Part shown: piece after piece, positions 26,698 through 39,280 of the stretch | Position numbering within the stretch: position 1 is the first letter of the stretch | Layout: every line of letters begins with the position of its first letter | Origin: Octopus vulgaris | Taxonomy: Eukaryota | Assembly (NCBI GenBank): GCA_951406725.2 | Contig: OX597815.1 | Location: forward strand, 7,192,001 to 7,256,000 | Reading direction: 5' to 3' | Length of the DNA stretch: 64,000 nt | Made by a program: the position numbers and the translations under genes | The notes under the pieces: generated by a model | What the model was told of the DNA's origin: nothing | What the model saw: the letters and a program-made list of their open reading frames with translations, nothing else | Database searches by the model: none

Positions 26698-28014
26698 AAA
26701 GCTCAGCGGTCCAAGTGCCCCATGTGATTCAGTCATAATCACTACAGCGGTTTAGGAATAAAACAAAGCTTACGACGCCTCAAGAAACATTTATTCCCGC
26801 AAACTGCATCGCATTCATCCAGCAAGACGTCTCTTGCAAGACAACTTCCTGTAAAAAAATATCTTTGTGCACCCCTCAAAATGTCCCTGTCCCCAAGCTA
26901 TATCTGATCCTGCTTGTCCTCAGCTTCACAGGCGATCCTTTTTATCTCAGAAAGAATTTCTCACTAGCTTAACCGAATCCTCTTTTCTTTCGCTTCCCAA
27001 CCACCATGGTCATATAAGCAATATCCCCGCAGACAAAGGCTCTACACCTTTGCCCGTTTTCCATTCGACTCCAGCTGACTTGCTAAATTTCGTCCAAATC
27101 TACTCTTTGCCATCCCATTAAATGCACCACCTTACATATACATACGTACACCACACACCCATACACATATCAAGCACAGAAGTACTTCCGTAAAATCACT
27201 AGCCCTGCCAATATTCCTCCCATTATCCTAAAACATTGCACTCCATAGCTTGTTCCTATAAGTATTATATTTTTTAATGCTTCACTCGCTACGTGCTGAC
27301 CTTAGGAAACATGGTTTGGTGTCCTATTCCCAAAGTCGTTAGCATGCTGGGCCTAGAAAACAATCTCTCTGATTTTGCTATCGTCCTATTGCACCAGAGT
27401 CAAGTACTAACATCAACATTCTTCAGCATCTTGAATCTTCCTCTTCCTCCCCCTCCTTCTTTTTAATGGCCATTAATGCAGCTTCCGTAGAACCAGATTC
27501 ACTGAAGCCTTACTCTCCTATGTCTTACACCAGTAGGTTCTCGAATTTAAAGAAATCTGGTGAAAGCAATGTCGTCTTTGATATCAGCGAAACTTTCGGC
27601 TATGTCTGATATGCAAATTTCTTACCGAAACTTCCCGCTTACGAGTTACATCCATCTTCCATTTCTTGGATTGGTAGCTACCTGTCAGGTCGCTCTATGT
27701 CGCAATGTGCTGATAGAGTTCTTTCTGTCCTCCACTTTTAGTTTTGGTGTACGCTAGGGTTCAGTTTTGTCACTACTCCCTTTATTCTCTACATTAAGGA
27801 CCTACATGTCATCACGATTAAAGGCACGTACTCCTACTCAAGTGATATAACACTTAATTCCTCTCCAACCTCCCCAATCGCGCATCATCCCTGTAGGAGC
27901 AAGTTAATATTGTCTCTTCCAACCGTAACCCCACCCCCCAAAAAAACGAATCCATGATATCAAGTAAACATCTCTACCATACACACATCTTAAACATAAA
28001 CATCACACATCTAT

Positions 28015-28986
28015 GCCTATTCCTTTACTACCAACAAGGGGCTAAACACAGAGAGGACAAACAAGGACAGACAAAGGGATTAAGTCGATTATATCGACCC
28101 CAGTGCGTAACTGGTACTTAATTTATCGACCCCGAAAGGATGAAAGGCAAAGTCTACCACGGCGGAATTTGAACTCAGAACGTAACGGCAGACGAAATAC
28201 CTATCTCTTTACTACCCACAAGGGGTTAAACACAGAGAGGACAAACAAGGACAGACAAAGGGATTAAGTCGATTATATCGACCCCAGTGCGTAACTGGCA
28301 CTTATTTAATCGACCCCGAAAGGATGAAAGGCAAAGTCTACCACGGCGGAATTTGAACTCAGAACGTAACGGCAGACGAAATACCTATCTCTTTACTACC
28401 CACAAGGGGTTAAACACAGAGAGGACAAACAAGGACAGACAAAGGGATTAAGTCGATTATATCGACCCCAGTGCGTAACTGGCACTTATTTAATTGACCC
28501 CGAAAGGATGAAAGGCAAAGTCTACCACGGCGGAATTTGAACTCAGAACGTAACGGCAGACGAAATACCTATCTCTTTACTACCCACAAGGGGTTAAACA
28601 CAGAAAGGACAAACAAGGACAGACAAAGGGATTAAGTCGATTATATCGACCCCAGTGCGTAACTGGCACTTATTTAATCGACCCCGAAAGGATGAAAGGC
28701 AAAGTCTACCACGGCGGAATTTGAACTCAGAACGTAACGGCAGACGAAATACCTATCTCTTTACTACCCACAAGGGGTTAAACACAGAGAGGACAAACAA
28801 GGACAGACAAAGGGATTAAGTCGATTATATCGACCCCAGTGCGTAACTGGCACTTATTTAATCGATCCCGAAAGGATGAAAGGCAAAGTCTACCTCGACG
28901 GAATTTGAACTCAGAACATAGCGGCAGACGAAATGCTGCTAAGCATTTCGCCCGGCGTGCTAACGTTTCTGCCAGCTCGCCGCCTT
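28015..28986 (-). mobile_element. SINE family B pentamer (one head + 5 x 184 bp)
   Basis: TTTACTAC recurs at 28024, 28208, 28392, 28576 and 28760. TSD AACATCACACATCTAT at 27999-28014 and 28987-29002. Confidence 0.9.
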
Positions 28987-29031
28987 AACATCACACATCT
29001 ATACCTCTCACAGTTACTTCAAATGTTTGAC

Positions 29032-29418
29032 CAGGAGTGGCTGTGTGGTAAGTAGCTTGCTAACCAACTACATGGTTCCGGGTTCAGTCCCACTGCGTGG
29101 CATCTTGGACAAGTGTCTTCTGCTATAGCCCCGGGCCCACCAATGCCTTGTGAGTTGATTTGGTAGACGGAAACTGAAAGAAGCCTGTCGTATATATATG
29201 TACATATCTATGTGTGTGTGTTTCTCCCCCTAGCATTGCTTGACAACTGATGCTGGTGTGTTTACGTCCCCGTTTACTTAGCGGTTCGGCAAAAGAGACC
29301 GATAGAATAAGCACTGGGCGTACAAAGAATAAATCCCGGGGTCGATTTGCTCGATTAAAGGCGGTGCTCCAGCATGGCCACAGTCAAATGACTGAAACAA
29401 GTAAAAGAGTAAAAGAGT
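29032..29418 (+). mobile_element. SINE family A
   Basis: Full-length copy with GTAAAAGA tail. Confidence 0.85.
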
Positions 29419-29930
29419 ATGCTACCACCGATGATCTGTTCTGGCAAAGCTCAACTTAAAATAGATAGGACTGCATCCCGAAGGCTAACCCTTCTCTTAA
29501 GAGCCTAAAAATACCTCCTCTCCCAACCATAAGTGACACTCTGCAAATCTTGGGTCAGACCTATGGAGAACTTTTACATCCACAACAGTGACAATGCCGC
29601 TGTTTGAACACAGAGAAAGGTCACTTATCTGGGCGTATTGTATCCTCTCTCTCTCCTCTCTCTCTGGCTTTCCATTGCTATTATAAATAGTGTCTACACA
29701 TCTGATCTGGCTAGTCTATGATCAATCAAATATTCCGACTCGCTTGCTTCTTTTCTCACTATTTATATTTTGCCCTGCCACACTCCCACTCTTTCTTCGA
29801 CAGAACGCCGTCCTTCTGGAACAGTGTAAAGAAGAATATTAATGGCACCAGTCTTATATCTATATGTTCACATATACATTTGCGCGCGCACGCGCGCGTG
29901 TGTGTGTATGTATGTATGTATGTATGTATG

Positions 29931-29969
<39 letters not shown>

Positions 29970-30220
29970 AGAGAGAGAGAGAAAGAGTGGTTGTATACTG
30001 TCAACCCTAAAACATGCGTGTCTCTAGATGCAGGCCTAGCTGTTGGGGGTATTTGTCTCCCCTTCGTAAATATATAAGGACACAGGAAAAATGTGTCGAA
30101 GCCGACAGGAAGCGTCGATGCTTCCTAGGGCTAAACAGCGGTGGTGTAATCCCCTACTGTCACGTTAAATTGACAGTATACAACCATTCTATCGCCCCAC
30201 CATCGTACATATCTCTATGA

Positions 30221-31900
30221 GATTGATTGATTGATTGATTGATTCTAGTTTCAGCTTATGAGCTGTGGCCATGCTGGGGCACCGCCATTTGGTGTTGCTA
30301 CTTGGTTTCACTTCATGAAGTCTTTCTAGCAACTGCTATTTGGTGCATGAGAGAGTTCGATGCAGCTGCCCTCATCTGCCCCTCCTGCCGTGAAGTTGGT
30401 TCATCTGGGACACCTGACAGGAAGAGATCCAGCTTCATTTTAAAGACATCTGCATCCACCCCATGCAGGTCTCTCTGGTTCTTCGGGAGGATATTGAAGA
30501 GCTGTGGGCCTCGGAAGCCCAGGCTATCACAGAATCTTGTCCTACATCTCGATGGCAAGTTTGGAGTCCTAGGCACCACGCAGTGGCGCCCAGTTCTGGC
30601 ATTTGCGTAACTCTCGATGCCAAAGTTCAGGACACTTCCCTCCAGGATCTTCCAGATGTATATTATGGCATATCTTTCCCGCCTACGCTCCAGGGAATAT
30701 AGTTTTATTCTCTTGAGTCTTTCCCAGTAGCTTACATTCTGCATAGAGGCTATCTTCTTCGTGTAGCTACGTTGGATCGCCTCGAGCTCTGTGATCAACT
30801 TGACACTGGATGGTGACCATAACTGAGAGCAGTAGTCAAAGTTGCTTAGGACAAGTGTCCTCCAGAGGACCATCATGGTTTCTTGTTCTCTTGTTCTAAA
30901 GGTTCTGAGGATCCATCCGGCCAGTCGTCTACATTTCATTGCCAATTTAGCAACATGTACACGAAAGGTCGCGTCATCACTCATGTAAATACCTAGGTCA
31001 CGCACTGATTGTGCCTCTGGGATTGCTATTCCTCCGGGTCCAGTGTATTCATTGGGTATTGCATTTAGTTTTGCATGCTGATAGTATAGAGCTTGAAACT
31101 TTTCAGCATTGAACTGCATGCTATTCTTTTCGGCCCACTTGTATATTTTGTCTAGCTCACATTGCAGGTGTTTAGTGTCCTCAGGGTTCTGTATTGCCTG
31201 TGAAACTTTTGTATCATCTGCATAACTTGTGATCGTGGCTCTCTGCGTGGCTGAGGGCATGTCTGAGAGGGCCATTATGAACAGTAGTGGTCCCAGAACA
31301 GTGCCCTGCGGAACACCGCTCACTATTTGCGTGTTAATGGAAGTGGCCCCATTGGCCACTACCACCTGACTTCTATCTTTCAGAAAGTCATGAAGCCATT
31401 CTCCCAGTTTTCCAACTATGTTGAGATCACGCAGTTTGTGACATATCATTCCATGATCGACTTTATCAAAGGCCTTTGCAAAGTCGAGATATATCACTTC
31501 CACATTTGAGTGGTTGAGCAGCCGTTTCAGCACCCAGTCATAGTGTTGTAGGAGCTGAGTTAAACAGCTTCTCCCTGGTCGGAAACCATGTTGGGTGTCG
31601 GGCAGCAAGTCATTCTCTTCAAGGAAGGTGATCAGCTTCCTTCTGACTATTCGTTCCATGACCTTGCTGATGTGTGAGGTCAGAGAGATAGGTCTATAGT
31701 TCTTGGCTTCCGCTCTGCTACCTCCTTTATGAATGGGGCATATTTTACCTTCCTTCAGTTTTCTTGGAAGTTTGCCAGCTGCAAGGAAGCTCTGAAAGAG
31801 GAACTGCAGTGGTCTTGCTAGGACTCTCTTACATGCTTTTAGGAGGATTGCTGGGAATCCATCGGGGCCAGTAGCTGAGTCTGTTTTCATTTCATCTATA
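30221..31900 (-). mobile_element. 5'-truncated CR1-type LINE with (CAAT)n tail
   Basis: Contains the RT ORF below, a short 3' UTR with a CAGCT-cata-AGCTG stem-loop, and a (GATT)n run at 30221-30244. No APE endonuclease domain is present. Confidence 0.9.
30313..31890 (-). CDS. LINE ORF2 fragment: reverse transcriptase and C-terminal domain (525 aa, uninterrupted)
   Basis: Motifs GPDG, NYRPISLTS, QHGFRPGRSC, YLDFAKAFDKVDH, GVPQGTVLGPLLF, YADD, RDLG, YCSQLWSP and LERRRER. Confidence 0.9.
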   Translation of the reverse strand: MKTDSATGPDGFPAILLKACKRVLARPLQFLFQSFLAAGKLPRKLKEGKICPIHKGGSRAEAKNYRPISLTSHISKVMERIVRRKLITFLEENDLLPDTQHGFRPGRSCLTQLLQHYDWVLKRLLNHSNVEVIYLDFAKAFDKVDHGMICHKLRDLNIVGKLGEWLHDFLKDRSQVVVANGATSINTQIVSGVPQGTVLGPLLFIMALSDMPSATQRATITSYADDTKVSQAIQNPEDTKHLQCELDKIYKWAEKNSMQFNAEKFQALYYQHAKLNAIPNEYTGPGGIAIPEAQSVRDLGIYMSDDATFRVHVAKLAMKCRRLAGWILRTFRTREQETMMVLWRTLVLSNFDYCSQLWSPSSVKLITELEAIQRSYTKKIASMQNVSYWERLKRIKLYSLERRRERYAIIYIWKILEGSVLNFGIESYANARTGRHCVVPRTPNLPSRCRTRFCDSLGFRGPQLFNILPKNQRDLHGVDADVFKMKLDLFLSGVPDEPTSRQEGQMRAAASNSLMHQIAVARKTS

Positions 31901-32229
31901 GATATTTAGAAATTTAATATTTCTGATATATTTATATTGGAAGGTTTGGAGATGATGTACAGGTATTTTATATTAGAAGAAATGAGGTACTCAGAAAATC
32001 AGATGGTTTATATTTACAGATATTTATTTGTATATTACATGTTTTTATACATCATATAACTTAGATCATGTATTAGCGCTTTCTCCCATTCTAGTGGGGT
32101 TTTCAAATCAAACTAAGTTGCTGTGTGAAAAGTTTTGACCATTTTATAGTGGTATTGAGTTTGTAGCGGTAGGGAGGAATACAAGACCGTACAAGAGGGT
32201 GATGGATGAGGAGAAAGTGAGAAAGAGAG

Positions 32230-32271
<42 letters not shown>

Positions 32272-32729
32272 CGTGTGTGTGTGTGTGTGTGTGTGAGTTT
32301 TTGTATTTGGAATGAGTGCTAAAGAAAAAGAGGGGACGGGAGAGGGAAGAAGAAGAAGAAAAGAATTTTTTTGCCCTGCTGGACAGGATGCTTACTCTAA
32401 GGGGGGTCTAAGATCTTGGGGAAAAAGAATTTAAGTTTTGACCATTTCATAGTGTTATTGAGTGTATATATAAGAGATAGTGGTGTCATTGAGACCCAGA
32501 GGTGTCAGGTAATGCTGAATAGGTGTTATAGACAGACCATAGTTAAGTTCCAGATTCGGTAATATTGCGAATAAAGGGTTCAACGTTGGTTCTATGTCAG
32601 CGTGTGTATATAAGAATTTTTTGCCTAATAAGATAAAAAACCAAGGCTGTATAGATATTAGAGCATTTATAGATATAATGCGCTAATATATATACAGCCT
32701 TGCTTTTTTATCTTATTACGCAAAACATT

Positions 32730-32814
<85 letters not shown>

Positions 32815-33381
32815 TGATGTAAGTAGCTAGCCGCAATACAAAGTCATGCAGGAAAACTTTAGTCGTCACTAATTGTGACTGTGGGTGCTAAAAGTACAAC
32901 TATCGCTAGAAATAAGACTTAAAACTCTTATAGTAGCGAAACTATGAAGGACACACCCATCCTTTACCACGTAAATAAGTGTGTGTGTGTGTGTGTGTGT
33001 AATCACTCAGACGTTTAAATATCAGTGTACCCTAGAAATATCTTATAATGTAAACTCAAAGGTAGGTGTATACATACGAAAAAAATGCACTCAGGAAAAA
33101 AAAAGAAAGAAAAATTAATATGTCTGACAATGAAACCTTTCCAAAAATATCTTCAAAGTCCTTATTTCAAAACGACAGTCAAGCAGTTGATTAGTTTATT
33201 TTTCTTTACTAGCATGTGCCATGGTCACAGCCCCTGCATACCCACCAAAATCATTAAAACAACAACAACAACAACAACAACAACAAATGTACCTACACGC
33301 GCCTGTATCCATTTTATTTCATTCATCATCATCTTCATCATCATCAATAAAGAAATTAATAAATACACAAATAATAATAAC

Positions 33382-33445
<64 letters not shown>

Positions 33446-33651
33446 GTTTCAAAGTTTGGCACAAAGCCGGCAATTTTGGGAGATAGGTGTTAAGTCTATT
33501 ATGTTGACGCCCTGTGCTCAGCTGGGGCTTATTTTGTCCACTCCGGAAGGCTGAAAGGCAAAGTCGACCTCGACGGAATTTCAACTCAGAACGTAATGAT
33601 GGATGAAATGCCGCTAAGCAATATGGCCGACGTGCCAGTTCACTACCTTGC

Positions 33652-33706
<55 letters not shown>

Positions 33707-33762
33707 GAGATTGCATTAGTTATTACATGTCAATAAGAAGTTGTGTTGCTTGTAACATTCTT

Positions 33763-34410
33763 TTACGATCGATGGAAATTTGCAAGAGAGCTCTTCCATA
33801 TCAAGTCGTTAATTTTGGTGCCAGATATATATATTGCTGTGATCATAGGCAGCATAGAGAAAAAGAAGAAGAAGCGAGAATTGAACCTATATGAATCGAG
33901 GAATAGATAAACCCAAGAGGCAGTGGTTGTCCTCAGAAACATAACAGTCGTTTGATAGGACGCTGTGATGAAGATAATTCCAACAATGTGAGCCATAACA
34001 TGAAAATATGGATGGTAAACCAGGTATTTCTCAGTGAGGACCATAACGAAGGGAAGACAGTGTATGATATGGTTATTAACGTCTGTGAATAGTACCACAA
34101 TAAGATCATCGTCGATGAAATATATACTCCAGAAGATTAAGAAAACTAAGGTTCCCATTGGAAAGACGATCGAATTGAAGTAGTGAGTCAAGAATTCGCG
34201 GAATGTTCTGTGTTTGGACTTCATCGAAAGTATAATATCATAAATTAAGCTTAACAAGAAGAAAATTCCTAAAAGCCATTGGTTCCATATCGTTAAGACA
34301 TTTAAGTTGTGTAAGATTCCAAGAAAGCTATTCCATTTATTTTTCAGTATTGTATACGTCAGCATTAAAATACAAGTCGTGTGAAATAACAGACGAATCA
34401 TTAACGCCAT
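33763..34410 (-). CDS. AIG1-like: FAR-17a/AIG1-family membrane protein, paralog 3 (215 aa)
   Basis: The ORF-track start at 34428 is a TTG. The first ATG (34410, MALMIRLLFH) matches paralog 1 (MALKVRLLFH) and gives the same 648-nt length. Thr40 (NVLTIW) and His117 (NHIIHC) are retained. Confidence 0.9.
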   Translation of the reverse strand: MALMIRLLFHTTCILMLTYTILKNKWNSFLGILHNLNVLTIWNQWLLGIFFLLSLIYDIILSMKSKHRTFREFLTHYFNSIVFPMGTLVFLIFWSIYFIDDDLIVVLFTDVNNHIIHCLPFVMVLTEKYLVYHPYFHVMAHIVGIIFITASYQTTVMFLRTTTASWVYLFLDSYRFNSRFFFFFSMLPMITAIYISGTKINDLIWKSSLANFHRS

Positions 34411-34715
34411 TTTTTTTCCAAATATCAAGCAAACTGTTCGTTAAATAATGTTCTGAACTGATTTACAAACAATTAGTTTCACACAAAACATATATAATCT
34501 CTGTTTGTTACGTAATTTTCTATTTTATAGCAAAAGTAGATAACAGGAAACCGCTATTAAGATTCAAAGCGGGGAAAGGGTAACAGATATAAATTGTACT
34601 TTTCTCTTTTTATCAATTATCAATTTTATCAATTTTTTTTACTCTTTTCGGTCTAAATTCTTCTTGGTTTCGGGTGGTTTAATGAAACTTCTGTTTCGAC
34701 CACATTTCTTGCCTT

Positions 34716-34815
34716 CGCCATTTTCATTAGATCAACTTCTACTACACTGTCACGAAGATTTGAAATGCTGACTTCTGATGACGTCATAGAATACATCCAT
34801 TCATTTAAAAGTTAC
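34716..34815 (-). promoter_or_regulatory. Conserved upstream module of paralog 3 (YY1-type motif + CRE)
   Basis: CGCCATTTT at 34716-34724 and TGACGTCA at 34779-34786. Confidence 0.6.
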
Positions 34816-34868
34816 CTTAACCAGTATTTTGTTATTAACTTTTGAACAAAATTAGTGCATTCATTTCT

Positions 34869-35421
<553 letters not shown>

Positions 35422-35742
35422 TGCACCCTTTCAATCAGGACGTGAAAATTGAGTTTGTCAGAAAATGTCTTACATGCAGAGGAAGAAAACTATAAACACT
35501 GAGTGTATATAGCAAAGAGTGATGCAATATGTTTTATCGTTGTGAATATGTGTCAATATTAAGCTTGTAAGTCTTCAGTATATAGATAGGACTGATATCG
35601 AGAGAATGTGGAAACCCATGACCCCCAGTGGTGTTTGAACAGGAGAAAGGCCAGTGTGTCTAACCTAGAGAGAAGGTGTCCTCCAATTTAACAGCAGAAA
35701 TTTGTGTAGGTGTATACATTTCGTAAATATTTTTGACCTTAT

Positions 35743-35950
35743 TCTCTTTTACTCTTTTACTTGTTTCAGTCATTTGACTGCGGCCATGCTGGAGCACCGC
35801 CTTTAGTCGAGCAAATCGACCCCAGGTCTTATTCTTTGTAAGCCTAGTACTTATTCTATCGGTCTCTTTTGCCGAACCGCTAAGTTACGGGGACACACCA
35901 GCATCGGTTGTCAAGCGATGTTGGGGGGGGGGACAAACACAGACACACAA

Positions 35951-35991
<41 letters not shown>

Positions 35992-36166
35992 CTTATACAT
36001 ATATACGACGGGCTTCTTTCAGTTTCCGTCTATCAAATCCAATCACAAGGCTTTGGTCGGCCCGAGGCTATAGTAGAAGACACTTGCCCAAGGTGCCACG
36101 CAGTGGGACTGAACCCGGAACCATGTGGCTGGTTAGCAAGCTACTTACCACACAGCTACTCCTGCA
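35743..36166 (-). mobile_element. SINE family A
   Basis: Reverse-complement full-length copy. Confidence 0.85.
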
Positions 36167-36609
36167 CCTTTGACTTAATGAGCAGATCTAAGTTCATTCA
36201 TTTCGAGATCCCTACTGGAAGAAGCAACAAATTTCGTCAGAAAATACATAATCATTGGGTAAACAGTTGAACGTGCATACACGCAAAACTTCGTTTTTTT
36301 GTGAGGAATCTCAGAATCAGAACCAGATGACCGATTTGATGTCTCAATGGATTCATATAACTGAACTGAAAAATGTGATATGGTCGCGCTCTTATCCTGG
36401 ATATTCTACAACTAAATTCCCGCCTATGATGGATTAGGAATATCTTCCGACTGCGATGATCATACACTAGAAACATAGCCGTGTTTCGTAGTAAAGGTCT
36501 TAACAAAGATGAATTCGTAGAGGCTTTCCTAGATCACTTACAAGCCTTACCATAAAATAAACGAAGAATAAACAAACATTCTTGCTGTTCTTATTGTCTT
36601 TGAAATACC

Positions 36610-37057
36610 GGATCTTTTCGGTTTGAACGGCAGTTTTTAACATAATTTCTAGGTAACTAAAAAAATTTTAAACTTCGCATTCTGGTAGAATGTGTTTATA
36701 AAACATCTTTTTCTCATGGCTTTATCGAGAAAATTCTATAGTTTGTAAGATATTTGTTGCTTTTTTTCTTCAATTTCTGCAATTTCAACCAATCAGTGAC
36801 GTCCATTGAGTTAAAAAGCATTCTGTGCCGTATGAATATGCCCCTCGTTTAAGAAACAGATTGGGTTTATTTACATTTGTGAAGAAAAAAGATACCCTTC
36901 CCCCAAACCTAACCCTAAATCTAACCCTTACTAACCCTAACTAACCCTAATCCCAAAAGATATTGAAATGCAATAGATCGATACTAGGGTTATAATTATG
37001 GGTGACAATTTCTTATGACACCGCTAGAAAAAACTGCCGTTCAAACCGAAAAGATCC
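36610..37057. mobile_element. MITE with 29-bp TIRs and 8-bp TSD
   Basis: TIR GGATCTTTTCGGTTTGAACGGCAGTTTTT is a perfect inverted repeat at both ends. TSD GAAATACC at 36602-36609 and 37058-37065. Confidence 0.9.
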
Positions 37058-37790
37058 GAAATACCTTATAGCGAACCTTAGCACTAAGCTCTTCAAACTC
37101 TCTTTCTCCGAAGTCATTTTCGAAAGGGTAGTCCCATAATTAGGAATTTAGGAATTTGAACTCGGAATGTAAAGAGCCGGAAGAAATATCGCAAAGCATT
37201 TTTCTAACGATTCTGCCAGTTTGCCAATAATTATCTTATCATTTTATCTCATCTTCCGTCTGTTCTTCTGTTCCCATAAAGGAAGTAGTCCCCAGTCTGA
37301 GAAATAATGTCTATTCGACAATAACCAATCTGCTTTTGTCATTGCTTTTTATCTGTGGCAATTCCTACAAGGTGAAATAATGCTCAGGCAGCGAACTGGC
37401 AGAACCGTTAGCACGCTGGACAGAATGCTTGGCGGCATTTCGTCTGTCTTGATGCTCTGAGTTCAAATTCCGCCGAGGTCGACATTGCCTTTCATCCTTT
37501 CGAGGTCGATGAAATAAGTACCAGCCAAGCACTGAGGTCGATGTAATCGACTTACCCTCTCCTCCAAAATTGCTGGCCTTGTGCCAACATTTGAAGCCAT
37601 TATTGAGGTTGACTTCAGATCATAGAGTTTATCAAATGAAAAGCCACGCATTTGATTGGCAAAAAGCCGACATCCCTAACACACTTTCACTATTGATCTA
37701 CAAACCTCCACGCTTTTCTTGTGACTCCTTCCTTTTCTACTATTGTGGCCACACATTTATGTAGGCGCATGTTTATCGGTATATGTGTAA

Positions 37791-38573
37791 GGCGGCGAGC
37801 TGGCAGAAACGTTAGCACGCCGGATGAAATGCTTAGCGGTATTTCGTCTGCCACTACGTTCTGAGTTCAAATTCCGCCGAGGTCGACTTTGTCTTTCATC
37901 CTTTCGGGGTCGATTAAATAAGTACCAGTTATGCACTGGCGTCGATATAATCGACTTAATCCGTTTGTCTGTCCTTGTTTGTCCCCTCTGTGTTTAGCCC
38001 CTTGTGGGTAATAAAGAAATAGGTATTTCGTCTGCCGCTACGTTCTGAGTTCAAATTCCGCCGAGGTCAACTTTGCCTTTCATCCTTTCGGGGTCGATTA
38101 AATAAGTACCAGTTACGCACTGGGGTCGATGTAATCGACTTAATACCTATGTCTGTCCTTGTTTGTCCCCTCTGTGTTTAGCCCCTTGTGGGTAATAAAG
38201 AAATAGGTATTTCGTCTGCCGCTACGTTCTGAGTTCAAATTCCGCCGAGGTCGACTTTGCCTTTCATCCTTTCGGGGTCGATTAAATAAGTACCAGTTAC
38301 GCACTGGGGTCGATATAATCGACTTAATCCCTTTGTCTGTCCTTGTTTGTCCTCTCTGTGTTTAGCCCCTTGTGGGTAGTAAAGAAATAGGTATTTCGTC
38401 TGCCGCTACGTTCTGAGTTCAAATTCCGCCGAGGTCGACTTTGCCTTTCATCCTTTCGGGGTCGATTAAATAAGTACCAGTTACGCAATGGGGTCGATAT
38501 AATCGACTTAATCCGTTTGTCCGTCCTTGTTTGTCCTCTCTGTGTTTAGCCCCTTGTGGGTAGTAAAGAAATA
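37791..38573 (+). mobile_element. SINE family B tetramer (one head + 4 x 184 bp)
   Basis: Head GGCGGCGAGCTGGCAGAAACG and B box GAGTTCAAATTCC. GGTAT junctions at 37838, 38022, 38206 and 38390. TSD GGTATATGTGT at 37778-37788 and 38574-38584. Confidence 0.9.
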
Positions 38574-39237
38574 GGTATATGTGTGTGTGGTTCTGCGCGA
38601 GCGTGTATATTTGTGTACGTGTGTGTGCTTATACGTGTGTGTGTGTATGCGCGCATGTATTTATGTGCATGTGTGTATTTGTTCGTACCTATGTGTTTTA
38701 TCGCATGTATTTATACGTGTACATGTAATATATATATATGAGTAGATTTATCTTCTCTGGGATGTTAATAATCAATTTAAAAACTTTGTATTGTTGGAAA
38801 ACATATATAGTCTGCTTAGAATCTTACTTCAAATTCATGGAACTCACTCCTATAACTTCATAAGGATATTTATACTCTCTAAGATATTTGGAAAACCTAT
38901 ATGAAATTTAGCTGATGAATACTTGACATTATATTTGCTGTAATATTTGCAGCTTGAAATAAAATGTTTATAGTATGAAACAATTGTACTAATCTACCGA
39001 TCCATTCTTGTTGCTTTTTTCTTGGTTGTAATATATATATATATATATATATGTATGTTGCTGTATTTTTCATGAGTGCTTTTATGGTGTTCGTTCATAT
39101 TTGTATATGTTTATATATCGGGGTATTTCGTTTGAATTTACGCGTTCGTTTATATTTCTGTGCGGTTGTCATTGTATGGAAGTGTCTCTCTGTGTTTGTG
39201 TGTCTATGTGTCTGTGTGTCTGTGTACGTGTCAGCAT

Positions 39238-39280
<43 letters not shown>

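Larger units (their letters stand above)
27300..29830 (+). mobile_element. Ancient decayed LINE (jockey/CR1 group) interrupted by SINEs
   Basis: DISETFGYV near 27580 (compare DISKAFDRV), GVR*GSVLSLLPFILYIKDL at about 27746-27805 (compare GVPQGSVL..LFILYINDL), and SFFDRTPSFWNS near 29790-29825. Confidence 0.55.

Noticed and set aside
28015-28986. Regular repeat arrays as CRISPR or as a hammerhead retrozyme
   Set aside because: There are no unique spacers or cas genes and the DNA is eukaryotic. No CUGANGA..GAAA hammerhead arrangement was seen in the 184-bp unit.
32607-32735. AT-rich hairpins (also 2697-2835)
   Set aside because: They are real imperfect inverted repeats, but most likely transposon remnants; nothing supports a miRNA or other function.
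34411-34428. N-terminal extension MIFGKK of paralog 3
   Set aside because: It starts at TTG; the ATG at 34410 matches the other paralogs.
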